A DNA stretch of 34,986 nt, from assembly GCA_016291995.1 (NCBI GenBank), contig JAEEZV010000022.1, positions 1-34,986 of the forward strand, written 5' to 3'. This stretch comes from Bacillales bacterium. GTDB taxonomy: Bacteria; Bacillota_I; Bacilli_A; RF39; UBA660. Under the pieces are notes generated by a model. That model worked only from the letters and a program-made list of their open reading frames with translations, did no database searches and had not been told where the DNA came from. The position numbers and the translations under genes were made by a program. Below are positions 1 to 9,603 of the stretch, piece after piece. Within the stretch, counting starts at the first letter, position 1; each line of letters begins with the position of its first letter.

Positions 1-906
1 TACAATTTGTGATGTATCTCCATTCTTGATTGGTGTTGCACTCCAATTACCAAATGAACAACTTGGTGCTGATGTATCTACGCTATCAACTGTCACACTC
101 TTAGATACTGTATTTCCTTCACTATCTTTAAACCATACATAATATGTTCCAGATGTTGATGCTGTATATGTTAAATTATATATTCTTCCAGGTTCAGTTA
201 TTGTTTGCCAACTAGATGGTGTTCCAGTTGTTGCTGTTACTGCATAGTTTGTTATATCGTTTCTATTATTGACAACTGTTGCTGTAATTGTTTGATAGTA
301 AGCATTGATTTGTGTAATTTCAAATACATCTTCGATTCCTTCAGGTTGTGTAATTTCTGTCCATACTGTCGTATCTAATGTTTCACCTGATAATGCATCG
401 CTAGGATTTTCTGCTCTATCTAACCAAATCCATATCGTAAATTCTTTAACTGTTGTTAATACTTCGATATTCTGAAGTAACGTCAATGTATCACCAGCAT
501 TAGCTCCGATAAAGTTACCATTTGATAGTACCTGTCCTGGATTATCACTATTACCGCTAGTAACTACCCACTTAAGTGCTCTACTGTTTCTCATATTTGA
601 ACCAATTTGATTGACATCCATAAATATTGTGGCATATAAATCGATATTTGCTACATCGCTAGTTTTCTTAATTGAAATAGTTGAGTGTATTCCATCTGTA
701 TAAGTATCACCGATTTGGAAATCTCCAGAGAATACAGAATCTCCGTCATCATATTCGATATATTCAGATAAATCAGTTGCCGTATTAAAGACAATCCTTT
801 TCGGAGTCTCACTAGCCCATGACCAATATGCATAAGATCCAACTGCTGTTAAGATACCTAAAAATAAGACAATTATTGATAAATATATTGCTTTATTCTT
901 ACTCAT
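1..906 (-). CDS. Secreted TasA/camelysin-like protein with SipW-type signal peptide (3'-truncated by window edge; absent from supplied ORF track)
   Basis: Manual translation from ATG at 904-906 (RBS GAGGTG upstream) is open to base 1: MSKNKAIYLSIIVLFLGILTAVGSYAYWSW...ALKWVV...FTIWIWLD..., then a Thr/Ser-rich Ig-like segment (GTYYVWFKDSEGN...VDTSAP). GSYAYW matches the SipW-cognate signal motif. Confidence 0.75.
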   Translation of the reverse strand, partial: MSKNKAIYLSIIVLFLGILTAVGSYAYWSWASETPKRIVFNTATDLSEYIEYDDGDSVFSGDFQIGDTYTDGIHSTISIKKTSDVANIDLYATIFMDVNQIGSNMRNSRALKWVVTSGNSDNPGQVLSNGNFIGANAGDTLTLLQNIEVLTTVKEFTIWIWLDRAENPSDALSGETLDTTVWTEITQPEGIEDVFEITQINAYYQTITATVVNNRNDITNYAVTATTGTPSSWQTITEPGRIYNLTYTASTSGTYYVWFKDSEGNTVSKSVTVDSVDTSAPSCSFGNWSATPIKNGDTSQIV

Positions 907-989
907 ATTAGTCACCTCACTTTATCTGTGGTCCCTCTCCCACGCTATATTTTATTATTTATATATTATATTATAATATATAAGCCATT

Positions 990-1028
990 AAAAAACAACA
1001 TCTTATTTAAGAAAAATGTTGTTTTTTT
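990..1028 (-). terminator. Intrinsic terminator downstream of lemA
   Basis: Inverted repeat AAAAAACAACAT...ATGTTGTTTTTT with A/T tails, just after the lemA stop. Confidence 0.65.
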
Positions 1029-1047
1029 ATATATTTTTTTATTTCAA

Positions 1048-1740
1048 TTATTCGTCTTTGTTTTCTAGTTTTGCTTCTTCTTCTTTTGCTTTAACTTCTG
1101 CTTCTCTTTCCATTTCTTTCATTTTAAGCTCTGAAGCTAACTTCTCTTCTTTAACAGAATTAAATGTTGGCCTTTCTTTTGCAGCCTCAGCAACTTTAAA
1201 TAATTCATATGGCTTTCCAAAGCCTAAAAGTCCAGCAAGAAGCATTGTTGGGAATGATGAAATAGCTCTATTAAAACTAGTAACGTTAGCATTGTATTGT
1301 TTTCTTGCTGCAGCTAATTCCTCTTCGCTAATTACTGTTTCTTTAGCAGTAAATACTGCCATTTCCTTTCCTAAATCCAATGTTGGATATGCTTCAGTTC
1401 TAAGTGATGGAGTTCTAACAATGAATGCATTAATATCATTTTCAGCAGCTACTTTAGAGTTAATAGTACCCTCTTCCATTGCTTTAGTAATACCGCTTCT
1501 TAATCTAGAAACTTCTTTGAATACATCACTTTCATGATCGTATGCTTGACTTACTTGTTCTAGTAAAGATTTCATCTTATCAAATCTTTTTTGCAAGTAA
1601 ACATCAATAGTACTGAACGACTTTTCAATTCTATGCTTTTTGCCATTTAAATTGTTATAAGTTAACATTACAAGTAGTAACACAATGACAATTATTACTA
1701 CTAGTGGATGACTTAGCATCCAATCAAATATTTTTTCCAT
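1048..1740 (-). CDS. lemA: LemA family protein
   Basis: N-terminal TM, YNNL...IDVYLQKRFD, EAYPTL, AARKQYNANVTSFN...FPTMLLA motifs; extra charged C-terminal tail. Confidence 0.9.
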   Translation of the reverse strand: MEKIFDWMLSHPLVVIIVIVLLLVMLTYNNLNGKKHRIEKSFSTIDVYLQKRFDKMKSLLEQVSQAYDHESDVFKEVSRLRSGITKAMEEGTINSKVAAENDINAFIVRTPSLRTEAYPTLDLGKEMAVFTAKETVISEEELAAARKQYNANVTSFNRAISSFPTMLLAGLLGFGKPYELFKVAEAAKERPTFNSVKEEKLASELKMKEMEREAEVKAKEEEAKLENKDE

Positions 1741-3178
1741 AATATTCCTCTCTTCCTAAATTTATTTCAAAGCTTTTTGATTCTTCAAAAATAGCTTCGA
1801 TTTCTTCTTTATATTTCTTTTTAAATTCATCATAAAAAGACACTGATATCTCCAAATCTGTTGTTTGGAATGACTTCATAAGCTCAAAATTCTCTACTTT
1901 CATACTTTCTCTATGTAGATATGCTCTCATCAAATTATCAAAATATAAAATAAAGAATAATTTTTCAGCAGGTGGAAACATCTTATACAACATAAAATCA
2001 TTTGCTTTAGCACTTCCTGGTAATGGAAGTTTAAATAATTTTATATAGTCACGATATTTTGTTTTCCAAGAAAATTTATCTCCCGATTTCATCTTCTGAT
2101 AACTACTTTTAGACATATTAACATTAAAGTTTAACATCGTATCGGTTATAGTCATATTAAAAGTATTGTATCTCTTTCTTAAAAACAACAATTGTTCTTC
2201 AAACATAGGAGTAATAATCATTTGAATTCTTTGCATCAAATCATCGATATCACCAAATGAATTTGTGCCTTCAATAAAACAATCAAAAGCCTTGTTTAAT
2301 TCTTCACTATTAAACATGAATTCTTTATCACTTTGATGAATCGATTGAAGTGTATCTTCGGTAAATGCTGAAAAGGCACTTTCGTCGTCTCTTATCTTTA
2401 TAATTGCACCCTTCAAAAAGTCAAAACTTTGCCCATAATTAAGGGTAATACTAAATCCATCAAATACTTTTTTAGTGGTTGTTGTAACGTTACCATTCTT
2501 GTCTCTTGATTCGATATCTTTTTCCATTTCCATGTTATAAACATTACCACTCATTTTGTCATTTTGAAATGCTAAATGATTACTTGTCTTATACCTATCA
2601 AATCTAAATTTAACTAAATTTTGAACAATTTCTTTGGTTAAATCTATACTTGCTCCATTATATGTAACCGTATATCCAGGAAGTATACTAAAAATTAGAT
2701 CATACACTTTTTCTTTATAAAACTCTCCATAAGTTTGACCTTTCATAAGTATCTTGGAAACAACAAGCATTAAAACCATAAGAATAATAAATACAATTAC
2801 CGCTACAGGTATACTTTTCACAAGTAAATATAAAAGCGCAGTTATAAATAGTATTATTCCAAAAGCAATTTTAGAAAAATTATCAATTTTCTTTTGATAT
2901 TTTTTTGCTACGAATGCGTATTTAACAAATGTTTTATAATTAGCACTCATAAAAATATTATCGAAGTATTTAATTGGTTCATTAGCGATAATAAATTCAT
3001 TATTGACGTCTCCATCATTTGATACTTGAGGATTCATCCCATTAGAATTTAGCTTTATGTCATATGTTAATTTATCAAACCATTTATTAGCTTCAATTAT
3101 GGCTGCTTCTCTTTTTTTTCTTAAGGCGACGATAAACGGAAATGTTTTTTCTAAAAATTTGGTTAGTTTATCTCCCAT
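1724..3178 (-). CDS. Two-TM membrane protein, DUF3137-like partner of LemA
   Basis: 484 aa, two adjacent TM helices, 'RDKNGNVTTTTKKVFDG' and 'SEELNKAF...IITPMFEEQLL' resemble DUF3137; overlaps lemA start. Confidence 0.55.
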   Translation of the reverse strand: MGDKLTKFLEKTFPFIVALRKKREAAIIEANKWFDKLTYDIKLNSNGMNPQVSNDGDVNNEFIIANEPIKYFDNIFMSANYKTFVKYAFVAKKYQKKIDNFSKIAFGIILFITALLYLLVKSIPVAVIVFIILMVLMLVVSKILMKGQTYGEFYKEKVYDLIFSILPGYTVTYNGASIDLTKEIVQNLVKFRFDRYKTSNHLAFQNDKMSGNVYNMEMEKDIESRDKNGNVTTTTKKVFDGFSITLNYGQSFDFLKGAIIKIRDDESAFSAFTEDTLQSIHQSDKEFMFNSEELNKAFDCFIEGTNSFGDIDDLMQRIQMIITPMFEEQLLFLRKRYNTFNMTITDTMLNFNVNMSKSSYQKMKSGDKFSWKTKYRDYIKLFKLPLPGSAKANDFMLYKMFPPAEKLFFILYFDNLMRAYLHRESMKVENFELMKSFQTTDLEISVSFYDEFKKKYKEEIEAIFEESKSFEINLGREEYYGKNI

Positions 3179-3225
3179 ACTTTTACGATTATCTCACCTC
3201 CTAGCATATACATTTTAAGTATAGC

Positions 3226-3265
3226 AAAAAAAATAAAATAAATCTACAACATAGATTTATTTTTT
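3226..3265 (-). terminator. Intrinsic terminator ending the tyrS-led operon
   Basis: AAAATAAATCTA-caaca-TAGATTTATTTT hairpin over the stop codon, followed by a T-run on the minus strand. Confidence 0.6.
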
Positions 3266-3913
3266 GCTTCTTTTTGAAATAATTGTTTTAAAGTCTGGAA
3301 AAGATTCAACCAGTCTCTTTGTAAGTAATGAATGACTATGCAAGTATTCTTTAATTTTCTTATTTATCTTTTCCGTATCATCCTTAAATTTAGTAATACT
3401 ATAGTCTTTTACCTTGAGAATGACAAATGTTGATATTATTAAATCTACCAAAAAGATTACCATTAAAATAATACCAATAACAGTGACATTGGGTCCTAAA
3501 AATGATAGTAACTTTTCAAGTGCTGGATTAAGAACATACATAATAAATATGCCGCCTAATCCAAATGGGATTGTTGTCTCAAGACAAATTCTACCATTGA
3601 TATTAAACTTCATATTACTGTAGTCCCACCATCTAGCATTAAAAAGTTTTTCCATTAAAAAACTAGTCAAATATTCAAGCACCATACATATAAAACTTGC
3701 CATTACAAAAACAGTTAGATAATCTTTACTATATTTATTTAGAAAATAGACAATAAGAAGTACCCCAACACCATATATTGGACAATATGGTCCAATTAAG
3801 AAACCTCTATTGATAAACTTCTTCTCTACGAATAATCCATATATAACTTCTAGTATCCAGCCTAAAAAAGCATAAATAATAAACAGTATAAATAATCTGC
3901 AAATATCTTGCAT
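3257..3913 (-). CDS. Putative ABC transporter permease (DUF1113/CmpB-like)
   Basis: YAFLGWILE, NRGFLIGPYCPIYG, LEYLTS..MEKLF..RWWDYS...NINGRICL signature motifs. Confidence 0.85.
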   Translation of the reverse strand: MQDICRLFILFIIYAFLGWILEVIYGLFVEKKFINRGFLIGPYCPIYGVGVLLIVYFLNKYSKDYLTVFVMASFICMVLEYLTSFLMEKLFNARWWDYSNMKFNINGRICLETTIPFGLGGIFIMYVLNPALEKLLSFLGPNVTVIGIILMVIFLVDLIISTFVILKVKDYSITKFKDDTEKINKKIKEYLHSHSLLTKRLVESFPDFKTIISKRSKK

Positions 3914-3915
3914 GT

Positions 3916-4752
3916 CTACTCTCCTTTTTGTAGATAATATGCCTTTAAAACATTTTTAGCTAGCATTGCAACCGTCATCGGTCCTACGCCACCAGGAACA
4001 GGTGTTATATATTTTGCTTTTTCTTTAACATTTTCAAAATCTACATCACCGCATAATCCTTCAGCCAGTCTACTTATCCCTACATCTATAACAATAGCAC
4101 CTTTTCTTACCATATCTTTAGTAACTAATTTAGGTTTTCCTACTGTTACAACTAGCAAGTCAGCTTTTAAAGTATGTTTCTTTAAATCCTTTGTTTTAGA
4201 GTGGCAGATAGTTACCGTAGCTCCTGCATTTGTAAGCATTGTTCCCATTGGTTTGCCTACAAGATTGCTTCTTCCTACCACTACAGCATTCATACCTTCT
4301 AGTTTTATGTTATATCTTCTTAATAGTTCCATGACCCCATATGGCGTACAAGAAAACAAAGCATCCTTATTATGGAATAATTTACCCGCATTAATATCGG
4401 ATAATCCATCGACATCTTTGTATTCAGATACTGCATTTTGTACTTTTGATGTATCTATATGATCTGGAACTGGCATTTGTACTAAAATGCCAGTTACAGA
4501 CTTATCTTTATTTAATTCATCAATTTTAGACAATAAACATTCTTCCGTAATATCTTCAGGAAATTTCAAATGCGTATAATCATACCCAATATATTCACAC
4601 ATTTTAGCTTTCTGTTTTATATAAACATTACTTGCTTCATTATTACCTACTTGGATAACTACAAGATGAGGTTTATTCTTAAGTTTGCTAACCTCTTCCT
4701 TTAACTCATCTAGAATCTCTTGTTTTATTTTTTTACCATCTAAAATCTTCAT
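3916..4752 (-). CDS. folD: Bifunctional methylenetetrahydrofolate dehydrogenase/cyclohydrolase
   Basis: GILVQMP, KDVDG, CTPYG, GRSNLVGKP, TPVPGGVGPMTVAML. Confidence 0.97.
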   Translation of the reverse strand: MKILDGKKIKQEILDELKEEVSKLKNKPHLVVIQVGNNEASNVYIKQKAKMCEYIGYDYTHLKFPEDITEECLLSKIDELNKDKSVTGILVQMPVPDHIDTSKVQNAVSEYKDVDGLSDINAGKLFHNKDALFSCTPYGVMELLRRYNIKLEGMNAVVVGRSNLVGKPMGTMLTNAGATVTICHSKTKDLKKHTLKADLLVVTVGKPKLVTKDMVRKGAIVIDVGISRLAEGLCGDVDFENVKEKAKYITPVPGGVGPMTVAMLAKNVLKAYYLQKGE

Positions 4753-4759
4753 ATAAACA

Positions 4760-5611
4760 CTACTTTCTATTTTCAGGATATTTTACTTTTTCACCAGCCG
4801 GTTTCATCATTAATTCTGGTGTATCAAAAATATATTCAATTAATTTTAAAGCTTTACAGAAATAAAATCCATCGGCAATTCTCTCATCGATAGTAGCTCC
4901 CATTTCCATATAGTATCTACCATTCTCTTCTTGCTTTATTTCACCAAAAGTAATTAGTGAAGAAGAAGTACCAAAATTAGTTAAATTATGATAAATTGCT
5001 CCCACTTTAAAACTACCAATATTAGATAATATTGCTGTTGAATAATATAAATTATCTTCCGTAACACTCTTAGGAAGCCATCCATGCTTATCAAGCCATT
5101 TAAGTAGTCCTACGACAAACACTCTAAGTGGTTTAGGCAATTTTCCAATTACATCAGCTGCTCCATTAGCATTACCTTTACCATCTAGTTTCTTTTGTCT
5201 AATTGTATCAACTTTTTCTTTTGTTTTTCTTGAAATATCAACAAGTGTATCCTCAGGATCTATTTTAATATTCATAAGTGCTTCCATAGAATCGTCATCA
5301 AATTCTACCTTAATTGTCTGTGCTAATTCAACTGTATTATGCATATACATTGTTCTATTAGCAATAAATCTATTCATGTATGGTCTACTATAAACAGTTT
5401 TTCCCATTACACAAACAAGGCCATGATAATATGTTAATCCTTCTATCTCCTTTTTCTTTTTATCCATGAACTTAACAAAATTAGTCATATCAATTTTACT
5501 ATTCATATAAACTACTGAATCACATCTATTTGGTTTAAAATCAATTAAAATATTTTGTGTTCCATGAATATCCTTTACTCTTTTTCCGTCTCTTCTATCT
5601 CCCCAAGCCAT
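4760..5611 (-). CDS. Stand-alone 2-oxoacid dehydrogenase E2-type acyltransferase catalytic domain protein
   Basis: CAT/E2-fold motifs RPYMNRF, ILSNIGS, TIDERIADG (canonical DHRxxDG); no lipoyl domain. Confidence 0.8.
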   Translation of the reverse strand: MAWGDRRDGKRVKDIHGTQNILIDFKPNRCDSVVYMNSKIDMTNFVKFMDKKKKEIEGLTYYHGLVCVMGKTVYSRPYMNRFIANRTMYMHNTVELAQTIKVEFDDDSMEALMNIKIDPEDTLVDISRKTKEKVDTIRQKKLDGKGNANGAADVIGKLPKPLRVFVVGLLKWLDKHGWLPKSVTEDNLYYSTAILSNIGSFKVGAIYHNLTNFGTSSSLITFGEIKQEENGRYYMEMGATIDERIADGFYFCKALKLIEYIFDTPELMMKPAGEKVKYPENRK

Positions 5612-5616
5612 AATTA

Positions 5617-6846
5617 CTATACCTCCTTACATCCTACGTAATAATTTTTCTTACCACGTCTTACTATTAAGTAATTATCATTTAAAAAGTCTTTATCTAT
5701 TATTACATAATCCACATCAGTAATTTTATTACCACTAATACTAATTGCATTACCAGTAACAAATTCTCTAGCTTCTCTCTTGCTAGAACATACTCCCATA
5801 TCGATAAGAGTATCCAATATATTCTTTCCAGCCGTTACTTTTATTTTATTGTAACCGCGGAATAATTCCTCTAATTCTCTACTTCCTAAATTAGTAAATT
5901 TACCAGTAAACAATGCCTCGCTCATCATTACTGCTTTGTTGTATTCTTCTTCGCCATGTAAGTCAGTTATGATTTCTCTAGCCAAAGCTCTATGTGCTTC
6001 CCTTAATTCTGGATTAGCTGCATTCTTAGCCTCTAACTCTTCAATATCTTCTTTTGATAAGAAAGTTAATTGTTTTAAATAACTAATGATCATACTATCT
6101 TCAAGATTAATTAGATACTGATATAACTCATAACTACTAGTTTTATTCTTATCTAACCATAAAGCATTACCTTCAGTCTTACCAAATTTTACTCCATTAG
6201 AATCTGTCACAAGTGGCATAACCAATCCATAAGCCGTCTTATCTAGTTTCTTTCTAATAAGTTCAATTCCAGAAGTAATATTACCCCACTGGTCAGATCC
6301 TGCTACTTGAAGAGTACAATTCCTTGTCTCGTATAAATGCATGAAATCTAGTGCCTGTAATATCATATATGAAAATTCAGCAAATGTTATACCACTTTCT
6401 AACCTTGATTTTACTTTATCTTTAGCTAACATATAATTAATATTAAAATATTTCCCATAGTCTCTTAAAAAATCTACCACATTGATATCTTTAATCCAAT
6501 CATAGTTATTTACTACTTCAAAACCAAATATTTCTTTAGCTTGTCTAGCAAGTTCATGGTAATTATGCTCTACCTCTTCCTTACTAATCATTGGTCTTTC
6601 TGCCGTAGGTTTAGGATCCCCAATAAGACCTGTTGCTCCACCTACCAATAAAATTGGCTTATGGCCATATTTAGCAAGTCTCTTACTTATCAAAAATGAT
6701 GAATAATGGCCAATATGCATCGAATCAGCAGTTGGATCAGTTCCAATATAAAATGTTAGCTTATCATTATTTAATTTATCAATTAATGATTCATCACTAA
6801 TATCTTGTATTAAACCTCTCCATTTTAAATCTTCATAACAATTCAT
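5617..6846 (-). CDS. tyrS: Tyrosine--tRNA ligase
   Basis: GTDPTADSMHIGH, QVAGSDQWGNI, KFGKT, C-terminal S4 domain with RRGKK. Confidence 0.98.
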   Translation of the reverse strand: MNCYEDLKWRGLIQDISDESLIDKLNNDKLTFYIGTDPTADSMHIGHYSSFLISKRLAKYGHKPILLVGGATGLIGDPKPTAERPMISKEEVEHNYHELARQAKEIFGFEVVNNYDWIKDINVVDFLRDYGKYFNINYMLAKDKVKSRLESGITFAEFSYMILQALDFMHLYETRNCTLQVAGSDQWGNITSGIELIRKKLDKTAYGLVMPLVTDSNGVKFGKTEGNALWLDKNKTSSYELYQYLINLEDSMIISYLKQLTFLSKEDIEELEAKNAANPELREAHRALAREIITDLHGEEEYNKAVMMSEALFTGKFTNLGSRELEELFRGYNKIKVTAGKNILDTLIDMGVCSSKREAREFVTGNAISISGNKITDVDYVIIDKDFLNDNYLIVRRGKKNYYVGCKEV

Positions 6847-6861
6847 AATATCACTCCCTAT

Positions 6862-7040
6862 AAAAAAAGATGGTATCCCTATATAAAAGGAGTCAATATG
6901 ACGGTACCATCCTTTAGTTTACTTAATTTAATAACGGTATTACCGATTAGCTATAAATGGGTAATTCATAATTAAAAGTATGCTAATTCTCACCAAACAT
7001 TAACTCTCTTAAAGTACTTATAACTACTACTCTTTCATTT
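6862..7040 (-). promoter_or_regulatory. T-box riboswitch (Tyr) upstream of tyrS
   Basis: Minus strand: AGAGA and GGTGAGA stem I motifs, specifier GAAT-TAC-CC (UAC = Tyr, 6961-6963), T-box AAGGATGGTACCGT (~6901-6914), terminator ...GGGATACCATC-T7; extended -10 TGATATAAT at 7050-7058. Confidence 0.9.
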
Positions 7041-7082
7041 AAAATACTAATTATATCAACATATCTAATTATATCAAAAAAA

Positions 7083-7649
7083 TTAATCTATGACAATATT
7101 TTTTAACTTTATCATCATTTCAGGCTTACCCATATTTAATTCTTCAGATACATCAAGTCCCATATTATCAATAAATTTTTGAATATCCATTTTTATATCT
7201 TTTACAGATACATCTAAATCTGTACAGTATTCTACTTCCATAAAGATACCTAAATCTTTAACATTTTCTAAAACAATCTCATAATCATTATATTTATATT
7301 TTTCTTTAGTATTATCTATTTCTAATAACTTTTTAAAACCTAAATGTTTAAAAATTTCACGAATAGCATCGATATCATCTATAAGTGATTCATATTCATT
7401 TGAATATAACCATTTATCATTCTCAAAAACATCATCTTTATAAGTAATATAATATTTACCACTACTATTTCTAATTCTTAAACATTCATTAATTTCACCT
7501 TTATTATTAGGTTTTAGATTATCTCTTTTTGGATCGTAATAGTATTCATCTATTACTCTAGATACCCCAAGATATTCAAACTCTTTAAACTTATCTTTAA
7601 TCTCATCTAAGTTTTCATTTACTCTAACTAGTATTTCTATCTCTTTCAT
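7083..7649 (-). CDS. CYTH domain protein (class IV adenylate cyclase/triphosphate tunnel metalloenzyme-like)
   Basis: N-terminal EIE, DEYY, LRIR, ITYK, LGIFMEVE motifs. Confidence 0.85.
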   Translation of the reverse strand: MKEIEILVRVNENLDEIKDKFKEFEYLGVSRVIDEYYYDPKRDNLKPNNKGEINECLRIRNSSGKYYITYKDDVFENDKWLYSNEYESLIDDIDAIREIFKHLGFKKLLEIDNTKEKYKYNDYEIVLENVKDLGIFMEVEYCTDLDVSVKDIKMDIQKFIDNMGLDVSEELNMGKPEMMIKLKNIVID

Positions 7650-7656
7650 AACTCAC

Positions 7657-8580
7657 CTATTTCTTATTCTCAATGTTATATATAATTTCTTTGATCTTTC
7701 TAAAACGATGATTTAATCCCGATTTAGTAATTTTATTACCAGTTTCATTAGTTATTATTTCACTTAATTCAGATAAACTAGCTTCTGGATATTTAAGTCT
7801 ATAATCGATTACTTCTTTTATCTTATCATCTAGTAAATCAATAATATCATATTCTTTCAACTTTTCAATATCTCTAACTTGATTAGCAGCTGTTATAAAT
7901 ATCTTATCCATATTTGCTTGTTCACAATTATTAAGCCTATTAGTCATATTTTTATGATCGCGATATATTCTTATATCTTCGTAGTACATTACACCATTAT
8001 ATGCTCTTATTATCCTTAAAAAGTCACTTATTTTCTCAGCTTCTTTAACATAGACCATATATTTCTTTTCTCTTTTAATAATCTTACTATTCAAATCATT
8101 TTGATTAAGTAAATTACTAATAAAGTTAGCATATGTTTCTGTATCTACCAAAAATTCTAAATGATATCTTGAAGTCTTGGGATCATTAATACTACCTGTT
8201 ACTAAGAATACACCTCTTAGATATGCTCTTATTAAATCTTCATCCCCATATATGAATTCTTTAGGAATATCAAGATATTTATCATTCTCCATAACAGACA
8301 AATCATCTAAGATTTCTTTTACTCTATTTTTAATAGTAAGAATATAACTAAGTCCATTACTAAAATATTTTTTTCTAACTGTAATATTCGGAGACACATC
8401 ATAAGCATTTTTAAATAATTTAAATATTCTTCTAGCAACAGCATTATTTTCGATAAAAATAGTTATTTTTTTATCAATAATTGCACTATTCCTAACAATA
8501 GCAGATAATTCTGAAATAAGTTCTTCTTTCGTTACATCTAATCTTGTAACTTCATTTTTAATATCAGAACCAAAACTCAT
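7657..8580 (-). CDS. whiA: DNA-binding protein WhiA
   Basis: MSF..IKNE, AYLRGVFL.GSINDP..YHLE, NRLNNCEQAN, KSGLNHRFRK. Confidence 0.96.
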   Translation of the reverse strand: MSFGSDIKNEVTRLDVTKEELISELSAIVRNSAIIDKKITIFIENNAVARRIFKLFKNAYDVSPNITVRKKYFSNGLSYILTIKNRVKEILDDLSVMENDKYLDIPKEFIYGDEDLIRAYLRGVFLVTGSINDPKTSRYHLEFLVDTETYANFISNLLNQNDLNSKIIKREKKYMVYVKEAEKISDFLRIIRAYNGVMYYEDIRIYRDHKNMTNRLNNCEQANMDKIFITAANQVRDIEKLKEYDIIDLLDDKIKEVIDYRLKYPEASLSELSEIITNETGNKITKSGLNHRFRKIKEIIYNIENKK

Positions 8581-9530
8581 TATTTATGCTCCTTCATTAG
8601 ATAAGTAAATACTTCCGTTGCAGTTTTAATTGGATCGTGTCTTGCTTGATTATTCTCTGTAGATAAGAAATCAGCTGCAATTAATTTAACACCCATCTCT
8701 TTTATTTTATCAGCATCTAACATGATTTGCCCAGCCTTTTCTTCCTTATATAATTCCAAAATATTATCTGGTACTTTTTTCTTATTAGCTAAAACAACAT
8801 CAATAAAGTTTCTACCCACATATTTATTAACTTGCTTTACACAATCAGATGCAGAATAATTATCTGTTTCCCCATGCTGTGACATAATATTACAAATATA
8901 TAACTTCTTAGCTTTAGCTCTTTTTAAAGCATATTTCATTTCAATTGGTAACAAGTTAGGAATAATACTTGTATATAGACTGCCCATACTTAAAACAATT
9001 AAATCAGCTTCCTTAACAGCTTTTAATACTTCTTTAGTTACTTTAACTCTATTTTTATAATACACTTTCTTAATCTGCTTTCCAGCCTTTGTAATCTTAC
9101 TTTCACCAACAATAGTTTTGCCATCTTTAGTCTCAGCTACTAAAACAGCCTTATCTTCACTAAGTGGTAAAATCTTACCCTTAATATTAAATATTTTAGA
9201 AAGAGATTCAAGTGATTTAGTTAAACTACCCGTAATATTGTACATAGCTGTAACTACCAAATTACCTAAAGCATGCTTATCTAAGTCACTATAAGTATCG
9301 AATCTATATTGCAAAAGTTCACTAGTAAGCGTTTCATCTTCAGTTAAAACAGACATGACATGACGAAGATCACCAACTGCTGGCATATCAAATTCACGTC
9401 TAAGTCTTCCTGTTGAAGAACCATCATCAGCAACAGTTACAATAGCTGTTATATCAATTGGAAATAATTTTAAACCTCTAAGTAATGTTGATAATCCAGT
9501 TCCTCCACCAATAACAACAACTTTTTTCAT
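8580..9530 (-). CDS. yvcK: YvcK/GlmR family UDP-GlcNAc-binding protein (CofD-like)
   Basis: VIGGGTGLSTLLRGLK, VTVADDGSSTGRLR, HALGNL, GSLYTSIIPNLL, RHDP; adjacent to whiA. Confidence 0.95.
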   Translation of the reverse strand: MKKVVVIGGGTGLSTLLRGLKLFPIDITAIVTVADDGSSTGRLRREFDMPAVGDLRHVMSVLTEDETLTSELLQYRFDTYSDLDKHALGNLVVTAMYNITGSLTKSLESLSKIFNIKGKILPLSEDKAVLVAETKDGKTIVGESKITKAGKQIKKVYYKNRVKVTKEVLKAVKEADLIVLSMGSLYTSIIPNLLPIEMKYALKRAKAKKLYICNIMSQHGETDNYSASDCVKQVNKYVGRNFIDVVLANKKKVPDNILELYKEEKAGQIMLDADKIKEMGVKLIAADFLSTENNQARHDPIKTATEVFTYLMKEHK

Positions 9531-9603
9531 ATTATCACCTCTATTTTTCCCCTTTAAAATATTTTAACATATTTTAAAAAATAAATAAAGATTTGCCTTT
9601 TGG

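Noticed and set aside
651-842. 63-aa minus-strand ORF in track
   Set aside because: Out-of-frame overlap with the real 1-906 ORF, which has an RBS and signal peptide
920-950. GC-rich patch GTGG...CCAC upstream of the first gene as a riboswitch
   Set aside because: Only a 4-bp stem; no recognisable aptamer motif
1016-1537. 173-aa plus-strand ORF
   Set aside because: Antisense shadow of lemA, Ser/Phe/Leu-biased, starts inside a terminator
3414-4462. Plus-strand ORFs 3414-3623 and 4253-4462
   Set aside because: Antisense shadows of the DUF1113 gene and folD
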